A DNA stretch of 64,000 nucleotides from Bugula neritina (Eukaryota; Animalia; Bryozoa): positions 9,763,751-9,827,750 of the forward strand of contig OZ037773.1 of the NCBI GenBank assembly GCA_964035545.1, written 5' to 3'. The notes under the pieces were generated by a model. That model saw only the letters and a program-made list of their open reading frames with translations, had not been told where the DNA came from and did not search any database. Positions 32,438 to 62,762 of this stretch are shown in pieces. Within the stretch, counting starts at the first letter, position 1, and each line of letters starts with the position of its first letter. Made by a program: the position numbers and the translations under genes.

Positions 32438-35400
32438 TAAAAGAGTGATACATGATTTATTATTGACCAAGTGTGAATTATCATCGGTTATGATAATATT
32501 TAATATATATTGATTGTGTGATATGGATAGCAAATAAGTTTTCATTGAGACAGCGTATTGCTTCCCATTTGACTGAATATTATTAAACATTTTTTGATCT
32601 ATCTTATACTATCTTTATATAACTATATGTTTGCATTAATTAATAATAATATGGTATCAGGATATTATTATACATACATTATTAGTATAGTAATGTTATA
32701 TCACATCAAGTCTTGTCCTATTGTATAACATATAAAAATATATATAAATATAGTATAAATGAAATGTGTCTAGTGGGAATTTGCCGCATGCCGGCAGGCA
32801 CTCATGTGAAATTGTTTAAACTAATTGTAATTTCCAGTGGAAGTTACAAACTAATGAGTCAACCACTCACAACACCTGATTGTAATTTCATGCATCAAAC
32901 AGCTTCATTTGCAGCAAAAAAAATTTTCAGATAAGTTGTAGAAATTTATGCAAATTTCCATACATGTGGCATAAGCATAGGAATTGATATATAAATGCAC
33001 CATTTGAATAATGAATACCTATATTTTGTCATATATATACTGCAGGCAAAGCTAACTGATGAAATTGCTGCTATGTTATTTGCATGTACTATAGAATTCA
33101 GGTTGATCTTTCAGTCAGTGTGAATAGAGATGGTGTTTTTATCAAATTTAAGAGCATATATATTATCGTATGAAACAAGTGTTATGTTTTCTATAATAAA
33201 GTTTTCAATTAATTGTATTACGCTATGCATTCATGTCACACTTGAAAATTATACTTCCTATTAGTTAAAAGGCAATTTTAATGAGTAGGAAGGGAATAAC
33301 TTTTTATAAATGTCACACTTTTAAACACATTTAAAAGCTTTTGAAAGAGTTTGAAACTTATTTTAACATCTAATTACGGAGGCTTATGTGAAACTAATAT
33401 TGAATATTTAGTGCAGCAGCTGTTTACAGAGTATATACAATGTACTTATCAGTCATTAAAACGTGCCAACTTATTACCAATTAAGTTTGAGTTCATGCAA
33501 TAAGCTATTCTAACTGCAAAACACTACTATAAAACTTTACTCAATGGCTATGCAGGTTGAAGTGTGTGCTAAGCAGGTAAAAAACTGGTATTTAATTTTA
33601 TTAGAAAACATATGAGTAGAGTTGACTTTTTTGAGATACAAAGACAGTCTTAGTAATTTGAAAACAGCTTTATTCTTTGCAAAGTAAAAAGTTGCTATAT
33701 TGTGTCTATAACGAGCAATAATATTGTTATTATTATGTTTTCTGGTAACATGAGATTGAGAGGCAAAAGCCTGAAGCCCCATGCATGCATGCATAGCATT
33801 TTGGACATCATGCATGATTTGTAATATCTTTGAGGGTGCTCTTACTATATATTTCCTTCATATTTCAACCACACCTGAATGCAGATTATAAGACTAAAAA
33901 GTTTCCTATTCTTGACCAATTGATATGTGTCTGTAATTTATGCCATATATTAGTCATCACTGCTCACACAGTTTCATGCAGAAGCTAAGAATAGAATAGG
34001 AACTGCTACTTCAATTCACGGAGTTCTCCTAATGAAATTCAGGTAGAAAAATTTTCAATAGAGATCTTTCTACTTATAGCATATTCATATACAGGGTATA
34101 AATCTTTCTGAGACATTCAGAGATTGTCATTTATTACAATATTCTATCACACTTCCTTTGTATTCAGGAAGAGAAAAAGGAATAATTAAAGGATTTATAA
34201 CTAATTTGAGTGACTTTATTATTTCCAGGACATGTCATGGTGTTGTATGGTTTCCTAATTGATTCAAATGAGGCAGGCACAAGTGGTGGATATACTTTAA
34301 TATATTACTTTGAGAGAGGTACAAGTGGTGGATATACTTTAATGTATTACTTTGAGGGGGGAAATCTATTATTGATTAAAACCGTAAAAGTTCACCTGCT
34401 ACAAAACTAAAGTAAGAAGTTTCTTGCTTTGCAAGTATTTTTCTCACTAACAAATGTGCCACCAAATCAAATAAAATAAACTAAGATGATTTTTGCTTTC
34501 ATGGTTAGGCTTGAATCCAGTTAAGAGATTGAACGTTAACATATATATATCACTGGTATCAAAGGAAAATATCTGACAGCATGAAATCAATCAACAGTTG
34601 AATATAAACTAGTCATATATCTCAGACACCTGAAGTATTAACATCTGCATCCTTTCCATCTAAATTTCTTATCCACCACTTGGATTCTCTCTTAACCATT
34701 ATTTCCTTCCAACTGCTTGTCTTGCATAGCAAAGAGTAACTAGGACACCTAATTAGTCTATTCCAATATATCTAAATTATACACGTGTGTAGCCTCAGAG
34801 CTCTAAACTACTATAATATATATAGTGGCACTTTTAGGGAGTACCTCACCCTCATAGAAAATCAGAGCATGAAGCTAGACAACTGGGCTCACCGCCAACA
34901 GTTCCATCACAATGACAGGTACAAGTAGCAAGTATTATACATAACTGTTAGTTTCATTGTCTCATATACTCTTCAGGTACCTATACTCAACACCTCTAGT
35001 GGAGTGGTTGTATGCAGAGAAGATTAATAATATACAAATATTTGTAACATTAGGTCATACTATATAAATAGCATGGGTAAGTAACCGCATCATATCATAT
35101 TATATAGTTGTGGGAGGAGAGGTAAGTCAAGTTTATTGTACATCATTTACGTTGATATATCTTGTATATATAATACACTATTTCTGCCTATAATATTATA
35201 AAGGTAATATAAAATCATAAAATGTGATGATTATGTAAAACATTTGTGTAAAAACAATAGACAGTAACCGAATTACATGGTATTATGCCCACGCAGATAT
35301 TTTATACTAATTTAGCTAAAAATAGAGTGGCTCTTTATATACTGCATTCATTTTATAGAGCAAATGTTTAAATAATACATATTTCTATATTTAAAGTATA

Positions 35401-37424
35401 TAGAATTATAAATAATATAATGTACTTACATACTCTTACATGCTCTACACATATCTACATTATTCTCATCCATTTATAACACGTATATTTTTCTATATTG
35501 TATTCTTTTATCTTTATACTTCACTAAATGTAGTTTATTGCTTTCTAAATTTTCAACATTGATAATTTCCAGCTGCAGTTAACACAAATCATGTGATAGA
35601 GAACAGTATATCTGCAGCCATATAGTTTATTGCTTTCTAAAATGTTAATGTTAATTGATAACAAAATGACTTTCAGCTGTTAATACAAATCAATAATCAT
35701 GATGCAAGACAATAATTATATATCTGCAGCCATTATGGTTATCAGTTTCAAGCATATATCATGAGAAAGAACTAACCAATTCATCAAATGTCAATCATAT
35801 TGTTAGATAAATATAGTTAGTAAAATGTATTGTTATGATGATGACTAATCTTATTTTAATTACTAGTTTGAATATGAAAAGCGATTTAGTGAAAAGTTGG
35901 TTAAGTTGAGTTGTTCAACTTTCACCAATATAGCGAATGGGACCCTAAGCTATCCTACAAGCTTGCTGATTATTCTTTAATATTATAATTAGTATAATAG
36001 ATTGTCAGGAAGTTCAAGTCAAATTGCAAAGGAAGCAAAGATATAGCTGCGCCGCCCAAAATATGTATAACAGCCATTAAGATATAGTATATTAATGGCT
36101 TTAAACCTTTCATTGCACGCAAGTATTTTTATAGAAAAGTTGTTTTTGCACTTTCTTATTCAAAAGCAATCTATTAAGTGAATTACTTTATATAGTTTAT
36201 GTCAAATTATAGCCTATTTACTATTATTTCATAGGAAATAGTATAGCACTGTTTTTCTATATGCAACAATGACTATAGTGTGTTTCTGCTCATTACTCCA
36301 AAATATGTGGTTTGGTTGAGCAGCCATGGCTTTGGTGTATGTGGAGGTATGACACGCATTTCAAACCTGGTTTAGGAAGCAGTAGGAGTAAAAATCTGTT
36401 TTTTTGTAAGAAAAAGATTTAAACCTATATTAATTGCAGGGAGGTAATTTAGCAACACACTACACAATAGCTGCATCAATCAAGCTCTGAAATTAAAATT
36501 GAATATTAACTGTTTGCAAACTAACAGAATTTGCAGAGTATTCTATGCTCTATACAGTATATTGAAAAGTATAAGAAAGGAGTATATTTTACTGTCCATA
36601 ATAGGTGTGTGAGACTATTGTCATTGCAGTATAATATATCAAATAAATTAGGCTTAATAAGTATTCACTATCTGTACTACAAGTGGTTATAATTATAATA
36701 ATTATTGTATTATATCAAATAATAAAGGCAATATAGTAGCTATAAATTAGGAGTTATAATCAAAATATTATATTACAGTGAATATTATATCTTTTATAGA
36801 TCGATATGTGAAAGTTCAGGTTATAAATTCAATTCCAGCCAAATTAGATTTGCTTTCAATTGCTATAATATATTCCTTAGATCACATAAGAGTTAAAAGA
36901 CTTAAATTGGGACACTTTCTACATGACTGCACATGTCCACTATTTTGTGTATGTTTTATACCTGCAGCCCCAAGTTTAGCTTTTATATAGTATTCATTTT
37001 TTAATATTTGAGTCTACATTTTCAGCCTGATATAACGGAGTTAAGGTCGGGATTCTACTACGGTGGCAGCTGAACATAGCATTGCAAACCATTTCATAAT
37101 AAATTTAAATTTGCATTTTAAACTAGCCTATAATGTATAAATTACATATTATCAGCATAATTGTTATTATATATGTTCATTATCAATAGCCGCATTTCAC
37201 TTGCATAATTAAATCGTTTTAGCAGTATATTGCCAACAATTCAGCGTTTGAAATCAAATTTGCATTTTATAAAGGTGTACACAATACAGAGAGCTAGAAT
37301 GCGTATATACATTTTTTGCTCATGCAATAATTTATGTGTTTTCAAAAAAATACATCCGGAGCTACTTGGTTGATTTACGTAAGGTATGTTTCATGAAAGT
37401 TGTTATTTTGTTGTAGGTTTGAAG

Positions 37425-42624
<5,200 letters not shown>

Positions 42625-43324
42625 ACATATTCTATCTGACGTCAAGAAATGTATACCAGTTTTGCTCATTATAGTAGAAGCTTTGTATTTTCTATGAGTT
42701 GTATTCTCTCTATTTATAAAGTAGTTGAATGATTGCATAGTATCCATGGTATTTTACTTGTCGTCAACTATGTTACACCGACCAATTATATCTTGTCACT
42801 GTAGAAACTTAGGCTACATCGGAACTTAAACTATCTGAGTTGTATTGTCACAAAGCTTCTGTTTTTATTATTCAATAGAGTATAAAGGGACCTGCTTCAA
42901 CAAACTGGACTATTTACATACAAAGAGAGTGTGTAATACAATGTATGTTTGAATGCATCATTTTATTGCTATTCATATTTACAAACAATGACAATGTGAC
43001 AAACAGTCATTGAAAAAGTTTTAAATTCTATGTACAATAATTTTAAACCAATAAAATACAAAATTATATCAGCGTGTAGAGACAGAACGTTATGATTATG
43101 TGGTGTGAAATAGCAGATCTGTGAACAGTGTGCTAACAGGGTATGGCGAGTGTTAGTAGAAAGACTACAAATATCAGAGAGTTGACACTACCTGGGTGCT
43201 TGCATAATCAAACTGCCTTATATAGCTGACACCCAAAGACACCTTGACAAATGTACAAAAAGTCACACCAGCACTTGAAATATACTACATTGAAACTTAA
43301 TAAGACATTTACAAGAAAGACAGA

Positions 43325-43570
43325 GAGTTAAATATGGCATACCTGTAGTGAATAGTCATATTACTAACTACTAATATGACATGGTCATAGTGAGTGATTA
43401 GTAGTACTAGTTAAATATGACATACCCACAGTGGATAGTGACAGTACTAGTGAAACATGACTGTAGTACTGATGAAATATGACAATAGTGGCAGTGAAGT
43501 CAATGTACTAGTGAAATATGGCATACTCAAAGTGAATAGTGACATTATTATTCAAATATGGCCATAGTGA
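43325..43570. repeat. Degenerate tandem repeat (aaatatg(g/a)cat...tagtga...) in the GABPB 3' region
   Basis: Recurring aaatatggcata/tagtactagtgaaa units. Confidence 0.55.
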
Positions 43571-43716
43571 AAAAAATACTTCATGCTAAAACAAAACGAA
43601 CATTTTTATCTGAGAGTAAAAGAAGCAAAAGGAACGGGTAATCATGAATAATTTACTAGCTTCAAAAGTAAATTATAAATAAAGTGGAGAAAAAAGAAGA
43701 CAAAAGGTCGTGTCTT

Positions 43717-46700
43717 TCAGTCAGCGGCCTCGGCTGTCATAGCCTCTTCGCCAGCTTTACTTATGTCTAAAAATAGAACAAGTACACATCAAATTTATTC
43801 CCGTCTAAAATAGAATCAGCCAACATTAGCTCTAAAAATAGAATTAGTACAAATCAGGCGCATAGAAAACACAAGATTAAGCTCAAACCACCTGATCTAA
43901 TGAGTACCGAGACCAGACAGGGTGGGACAAGAAACTCGAAAAGATTTATCTTCATATAAAAAGTGAACTAAGCAGCTGCCCACAGAGCTTCATGAGCTGT
44001 GTAAAGGATAATGATAAGCAGACTCTGAGGCTACCTATGTGAAGGTCGTTGTTTGTGGCATCTTGACTGGCAGCTGACTCGGCAGCAACATCTTCTGGTT
44101 GCTGGACAAAGAGCACTTCGTTACCGTCCTGATCTACTAGAGTCATCACCGTACTGCCATCTCCCTGCTCCTTCATGAAGTTAGTCAGCGCCAGCTTTCC
44201 GGCCTCTTAACACAAGAGAGTTCAACAGTTGAAACATTGACTCAGTACATTTCAGGGTTGAGTAACTTACAAACTGCGCTATAAGCTAGGTTAACCCCCT
44301 CCTCCCGTCTGCCACCCCTGTTAGAGTATATCACCTGCTAGAGTATGTCACCTGTTAGAGTATATATTAAATGTTAGAGTATATTACCTGTTAAAGCTAG
44401 AGGAGGGTCGGCATCACTCCTAGTAGATACAGTCACACCTTTGCTAGACAACCAATTAGAACCATCTGATCCGTTGCTGGCTGTAAACACACAACATAAC
44501 AATAAACGTAGTGCATCGTTCACCTAGTTAGTGTATCACCTACTGAAGGAAATTTGTATGAGACTGATGTCCCAGGATGAATAAATAACTTAAGAGACAA
44601 TCCGTCACTAACTAAGAAATAAGTACAATGGATATTTCCTTTGCATGCCCAACATCAACTAGTAGTTATCATGGCAATAACGTTAAACTACGGTATTCAT
44701 GCACCACCAGCTTGTCACCTGGACAGTAGAGAGCAGAGAGAGGCGAGAATTCAAACACTACTAAACTAGGCTCTGGGGATTTGGTGGATTATTACTGAAA
44801 TAGTGGGATGACTAGTTAAAACTGCCGACATTTGACGGGATGTGAAATATTTCTCAGACCTGAATTGGAGGCAGTAGCTTCAGCCAGGGCCGCTAAGGCA
44901 GTGAGGACGGAGGTGTTACTACCCCCCGTACTGTTCCCAGAGTCTGTTATAGCTTCAGTCCTATCATCAGTCTAGTTAAAATATAGTAACACAGGCTATA
45001 AAAGTCGAGTATAGCAAAGCAACACACAGTATTGAAGATAAAATACAAGTTGTGCTTGGAAACGGTGACTTAATAAATATTCTTTCTCGACCCACGACTT
45101 ACGGCTATGACAATACACTTAGAGTCTAGTTTGGGCTGCAAATCAGACTAGAAATCGTATTTCCTGTTGAGCTATGTAGATGTTCTATCATCAATAGAAT
45201 GCCTAGCATTGAATGGTAGGCTAACTTCTTACACTGATGTTGAATACGCCACAGCCCCATGTTCAAACTCAACAGCTAAACTTTATGAATCAAAGCTGAG
45301 ACATTTCTCTGCCCACTGGACACAGGTGGAGACAGGTGGAGACAGGTGGAAGACACGTACTGTTAGAGTTTCAGATTCATCTGCAGATAATATCTGTTCT
45401 GTACTTTCTGTGGTCAACACCTCCTCTTCTATCATTGTGTCGGGGTTTGAGATGGGACGGGTTTGCTAAAGGAGAGAGATAGAGCTGTATATGAAGGAGA
45501 GACAATTCCTAATTTACCGTAGTCAGTCTACTGAAAGCTGGACTATTCAAATAATTACTACTTAACACTCAAAAAATGTAAAATTAAAACTTCTTCAAAT
45601 TACTTGAGTACACTTTCTAACGAAATTAAACTTTTAAACAATTGTCTATTTTGTAGCCAATTATTTTAGAATTGCAAGCTAAAGTGGTAATCAGTTAGGA
45701 AGACTGTTTGGGCACGGCAGAATGATTGGGGGATGCAAAGAGGCCCCTAAATTTGTTGATGCAAGTAGAGGAACAGCAACTAATCACGAGACCTCAACAG
45801 TACCAACGCTGTGAGATGGATGGCAGGAAGCTGGGTATCCAATAAGAGAGCCACACAAATGACTAGTACACAGAGATGGAGTGCAGGTACTTAGAGTGCA
45901 GGTACTTAGAGTGCAGGTACTTAGAGTACAGGTACTTAGAGTCAGGTACTTAGAGTACAGGTACTTAGAGTACTTAGGTATTTAGTGGAGACAACTCACC
46001 ATACTTAGAGCAGCTTGTAGGAGCTGAACTATGTCCATCTGCATTCTACTGAGAGCAATGTCCATAGGAGTTCTGTCAAACTGCAACATACATCTCTTCT
46101 GTCAGCAGCTGGTTTAGTAACTCATTAGGATATATGTATAATAACTATGCATACAAGGTAATGACTGGAGAAAAGAACTATATATTCAATAGGGAGATAA
46201 CTCCAAGATATTTATAAATTAAAACTGGCACACAACTAGTATGTTTGCTATATGAAGTCTCAGATGCGTATATAAAACCATTATAAGGGCAGAGTGTGTA
46301 AAGAGAAAGAGAGTGGTGTGTGAGTGTAGGTTGCTGTAAGGAAAATTAAACTGTTTACAGCAAGCTACAGCTTAGCACAAAGTAAGAAACAGGAAGAGCG
46401 TAAGTGTTTTAAAATAATATCAGCACATTAACAGTGTGACAGGAGTAACTAACACAAAAAGCCGTACCTTGTCTATGTGACGAGTAGATGCGTCGTGTTT
46501 CAGTAATAGATTCACCACATTCGTGTGTCCATTTTCCACGGCCCAGTGCAGCGGCGTCATGCGTAACTACAATACAAAGAGGTATACGTAACTACAATAC
46601 ATAGAGTTATACGTAACTACAATGCAAAAAGTTAGATGTAATAGAAATAACAGATCTTCCAAGGTAATATAATAGTCTAGAAACTGATGACATAAAAATT

Positions 46701-48922
46701 AAATCACAAACAGAAAAGTAGAGCAGTGAAAGCAAGTGGCGAGTTATTGAGGTCATAACTACAGCAAGACTTGAAACAGTAAAACAGAGAGTATACATTT
46801 CAAGCTCGTATATTATTCTCCAAGAGTGTACTGAGTGACTGAGAAATGGGAACTGAAGTAAGTAGAAATTAATGAGACAATGGAGGAAGACACTGGGAGA
46901 GGGGATATATTCTCGTCACTTCAAGGGAACACAACTCCGCAGTAATAGTTCTCCGCTCACCATGTCGCACGCATCAATGATTGCGCTGTTCTTGAGCAGA
47001 ATCTGTACAACTTCAAAGTGTCCGTTCTGCGCGGCCACATGTAACGGGGTTCTGTCAACCTTAGTGCGGGCGTCTCTGCTGATGCCCGCCCTCATCAAGA
47101 TGGTCACTGTGTCAATGTGGCCATGCATTGCGGCGAAGTGCAGGGGTGACGTCCCCAGCTGAAACACGCAAGTGTGTTATACTAAGTTATGTCTTGCTAA
47201 ATCATCTTCAGTACTAGCAACATGTTACAGCTGGAGAACAGATGTATTATACAGCTGCATGCAAGCTACTGCTAGGCAAGTAACTTCCTCATAGTTACAT
47301 TCCTGAGCAGCTGTGAAATGCAGCCAGATCAAGTCATGTGAAATAAAAGTAAATGAAATAATTTAGTAAAAAATGCTTAAAGTGCCATCAACAATAAATT
47401 AGCATTCCCTTTACGCTGAACTTAATCATGCAACTATAGTAAAGCGTATTGAAAACACTATTGAACTTTCAACAGAACAATCCAATCACTAAAACAGGAA
47501 ATTATGACTACACTAGGGCCAGGTGTTGTAAACCAGGTGTTGTACTAAAGGTTACCCAGTCTGTGGTGAATGGAGCTCCGCTAGACATGAGAGTGCGGAT
47601 CTCCATAGTGTCGCCCCTCTTTGATGCATCAAGGAGCCTTTTACCTAAGTCTACGAGAGATAGGGGGACAGCAGGGATGTTCCTGGCAGGTATAACTGGG
47701 TGAGGGGTGATGTTGGTGGAGACAACAGTCACTACAACATTATGGAAGTAAAAATACAACTAATTTAGGCCAACACACTTAATAAATTATAATTTTTGAA
47801 CAGCAATAAAAGTTTCTTTACTATAGCAATTAATGAGAATGACTAGCCTATTATTTATCATGCCATGAATAAGATAAAAAGTAAGTTCTTAACCAAAACT
47901 ATAAAAATAATCATTAGACTTGGTCAGTTATCATTTGAGTTACACTTACAGCTACCGACTTAATCTTCCAGTTACATTGTAATTGGAAACTATTATAAAT
48001 ATGGGTAAAGTTATTCTTATAGTTATAGTAATTATCAGCATTATTATACTTACTACAATGACTTTATGTATAAATAATAATGTGATTATTATGATTCAGA
48101 TTTATCATAAATTTAGATGAAAATCAAAACCATTGGCATAAACTTTAAGTTTTTCTCATTACTCAAATTGATTAGCATAAAAAATTCTGATAATGATTAG
48201 CAGCGCCAGATAAGTCATAACCATTACCTGAATACTATTAAAAATATGACTCAATTCCAATATCAATATGATCACAATTTTAATTATCACAATTAACATC
48301 AATATCATAACCCTAGTCAGTAATACCAAGTGAATAACACTCACACTAAACGTAAGCGAATATCACTTTAACTTTTACTTTATTATTAATATTATCATTA
48401 TGATTATGACTTGACTTCAACTGTTTAAGTTCATTTTACTCTCAATCTCACTATCACTATGACTCATACTATGAGTATGACATTGACTATAACGCATAGA
48501 GATGACTTCCACTACCTGTATGAGATTCAGCATCACTATCAGTATGACATTCTCACTATCACCTTTAGTATCAGTATAACATTGACTATGAGTATCAGTA
48601 TGACAATCACAATGAATATCAATATCAATATGAAGTGATCAGTAGTTTCAGCTTACAGTTTCTTTCCGAGTTATAATAGAAAAGACATCAGAAGGTGCTT
48701 TCGCAAATTTCAAGTTGTCATTTTGACAATATATTAGCATGAATATTATTTAGTAAAAATAAATAGGGAAAACATTGCTATAACTAGTTTAAATCTAAAG
48801 TAAAACTGAAAGAGGAAATAGTAATTCCGCCATTGTACCGGAAAAAGCATGCTAATTCTACTGGATCAACTTAGAAAATTTACATTTCATGCTAATTAGT
48901 AAAACTTACCGTGCTCTGTCAT
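43717..48922 (-). CDS. GABPB: GA-binding protein subunit beta homolog (ankyrin repeats), ~365 aa
   Basis: Exons 48922-48910, 47731-47556, 47158-46961, 46566-46468, 46080-46000, 45465-45361, 44971-44860, 44480-44388, 44205-44035, 43766-43717 (1098 nt). [54 protein letters not shown] and [13 protein letters not shown] closely match GABPB1/2. Confidence 0.9.
45890..45982. repeat. 15-bp minisatellite (ttagagtgcaggtac)n
   Basis: ~6 tandem copies adjacent to the GABPB donor at 46000. Confidence 0.85.
48270..48635. repeat. Degenerate hexamer-periodic low-complexity tract (atcact/atcaat/atgact) in GABPB intron 1
   Basis: Runs of atcactatcact, atcagtatgac, atcaatatcaat. Confidence 0.5.
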
Positions 48923-51249
48923 ATTTAAAACTGTTTGAAAGAAACTAACTGAATTATATCAGTGATAGTTTTGACTAAATATGTGAAACAGGACAACTAA
49001 ATCGGTTAGAGTATTAAAATTTATTCAAACAGTACAATTTTTACCGGATACAGCGTTGTTATGGTAGAGATAAAAAGTGGTGTGAATGCGGGCTTCCAAG
49101 CGCATAACTATCGTTCAACATAACACCTGATTACACAAACTTCTTAAAAAAAATCAATTGAAAAATGAATAAAAAAAAACAAAATTTTAAAAATTGCATA
49201 TTATGGTACTATCTCTTTTAAAACCAACAACGTCTCATGTTTTTGCACATGAAAAGATAACTCCCAATAACAAAAAGGTTTTTCATACTCAAAGTTCGTG
49301 TAAAATAATAATATGATGCTGCCATCATACAACTAACAACAAAAGCTTTGAACATACTAATGTTTTGCAACAAACCGTAATTAGCTTATATCCAAAAGTC
49401 AGTTTGCAAAACACAAATTATAAAAATAAGTTAAAGCCCACACTTTTTGCCTTGCAATTCAAAAAATTTAACTGGGCAGTAATTATTGCCATAATATTAT
49501 AAATTTGAAATTATTTTTCTGCTTCCACGATAATTTGCTATGTTATTAAGAAATAAACTGCAATGTTAAAATATTTATAAAATATTAGCATAGCTGAAGC
49601 CCGCATTGATACTTACTGCGTTATCTTCGTCATTTATTTGTTGTTTCATAACGCCTCCTATAATATGCCAGCCCTAATTTATTCTACACCACTAAGCACG
49701 TGGGATAATATTTGATTGCTTATTAAAAATATTAAATTTGAAAAGCCACGGTGTGTTTATCTTGGCACAAAGGATAATAATAATGATGTTTCATGACTAA
49801 TGGCATGAGTCATAAAATCACACCAATTGTGTGTCATAAAAGTGTATCCTGAGTAAAGATCAACAGTACCATTCAAATTCTTGAAGGTAACAATTTTTTT
49901 CTATATAAAACAAGTGAATAAAATAAGTGCTTTAAAGTGTTGAGTTACTTTTTGAGTGAGCATAATTATCAACAACAGATTTGACTAATATATATTATAG
50001 TTGCTTTCTTGCAAGTTATATTTATATATTAATATCTATACAACAAGTGCAACGAAAACATTGCACTAAACTCAATATAAATTCAAAGATTATATAATAC
50101 TACTGTAGCTTTCTTTAGTATAACTGTTTCTTTTTTCTGAACAGTTTTCAAAGCCCTATTATAGCGGATATAAGCAAGTAAATTTTAAGTTATATGATTA
50201 TAGACTCCTTATAGTATGAGACTCTATACTAATTAACAATGGAAAAATGTTTCCTTAGTTAATTCTTATAGTAACAGGAAAATATATAATGTTTAATAAT
50301 AGTTGTATTCATTACATTAGCTGGATTGGTCAGCAGAAATTTTATTTATAATAGGAAAAAGTTACATGCAAAGCAGATCGCCAACAAAAAAATAATAAGA
50401 TTTTAGTTTTTTAATTGCCAAGGTAATATGAAAACTAAAGACTTAATAGTTATGAATGATTGAGCATTTAGCTTTACTGCAGTGGCTGTATGCATGCATG
50501 CATAACAATCAACTAACCTAGGTTTCTTCTATTGCTCAATCTGTTTTAATACTGCACATATTAGCATATTATCTGCATTATATACTTTCAAACAAGCTGA
50601 CAAATGATATATACAACAATTCAATTTCATATAAAAATATTTAATTTTGTTAATGTAATTAGAATAAATTCTTTCAACACTCTATACCTGTACTTTTCAT
50701 TTCTGGTACAATAACAATAATATTTGATCAATGTAAATGTTTCAATGCTTTTATTAACATTCCCTCGTGGCGAATATTTTCACGCATGAGTTACGCAATA
50801 AAGAGCCTGTAACTAATTGCATTAAAAACTGAATAAACAAGCATTGAAAATATTTAGCACTATATAGTGTATTGGAAACATATAAACATACGCCGGAGCA
50901 TCTCTGCCCAGTACACCCAGCAGCTACAGAGTTCTACAGTCTTATAACAACATCAAGGAAAAGCAATATATAGAGAGACATTCACATTTAATTTAAATTT
51001 ATGAAATCTCAGGATAAAGGAAACACTGTAAGATTTAATGTTTTTGATATTTTCAAGCTTCCAGAAAAACCGCGTTGGCTGTAAATTTTTTATATTATAA
51101 TGCATGTCAGTATAATAAAGGATTGTTCTACATATCAAATGGTTATTTCTAGACTATACAATACATTATTATGTAATTCACAATCTATTATATGTTACAT
51201 AATATAGTTACTTTGTTTATAAGTGTACAATTGTGTTATATATTTTAGA

Positions 51250-61913
<10,664 letters not shown>

Positions 61914-62762
61914 TAAACATTAAACAACTTGATTACCAGAGTCATTGATTTACGTATAACGATTACAAACTGCTGAAGGGAAGTTTGGTTTTAAGTTGCT
62001 TATTATAGGTGTTTATTTAACAATTATCTGCACTATTAACTTCTGCACATCAAAATATCATATCTGTGGTGTTTTATTAAATGTTAATTTTCTCTATTTC
62101 TATATTTTAAAATAATAAATGCTGCTGCATAGTATAATTAATATATTTTGTAATGCTTGACTTGTCAAAGTCGTAATATTGACTGTACCTATAATATGTT
62201 TTTCATTTTATAAGAACTGCTTCCCAATATTGAACATGTTTTGCATTGCTAGAGGTATATCCTTCATACTTACAAGCTTAAATTTTGTTGTTCAAAATAT
62301 TATAACTTAAGCTCTGCATTTGCTTTGGCTTTTCTTATCAAATAAACTATATAATGAATGAGCCTCTTCTAGCATGTAATATATTGATATGCTAGTTTAA
62401 TTATAGCTATAGATAGTTGAATGATTAGACACTAGAAAGCTTTCATATACAGACTCAATGAAATTGTATGTATAACTGCTTCATCTTTTGAAAATTTCTA
62501 TTACATAATCTGTATATTCACCTTCTATATCCTATTGATTACCATTGTTCGAAAACAGAATATTATAAACATAAAGAGTTAAGAATTCCTTCTAGTAGCT
62601 TTCAATTATTTGATTTACTATACAGCATGTGCCTATCTTAAAGTAGCTATGATAATGCAGCATAGTATTACAGTACTAGTATTCAAACTTAAATAACGAT
62701 AATATTAAGCTGCCAACTGCACAGTCATAGAAATTCGTGTTGTTGCTGTAAGGTTGGAGAGG

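Noticed and set aside
34275-35730. Short local tandem duplications (42 bp at ~34280-34356; ~90 bp at ~35530-35730)
   Set aside because: Ordinary intergenic duplications with no coding or structural signal
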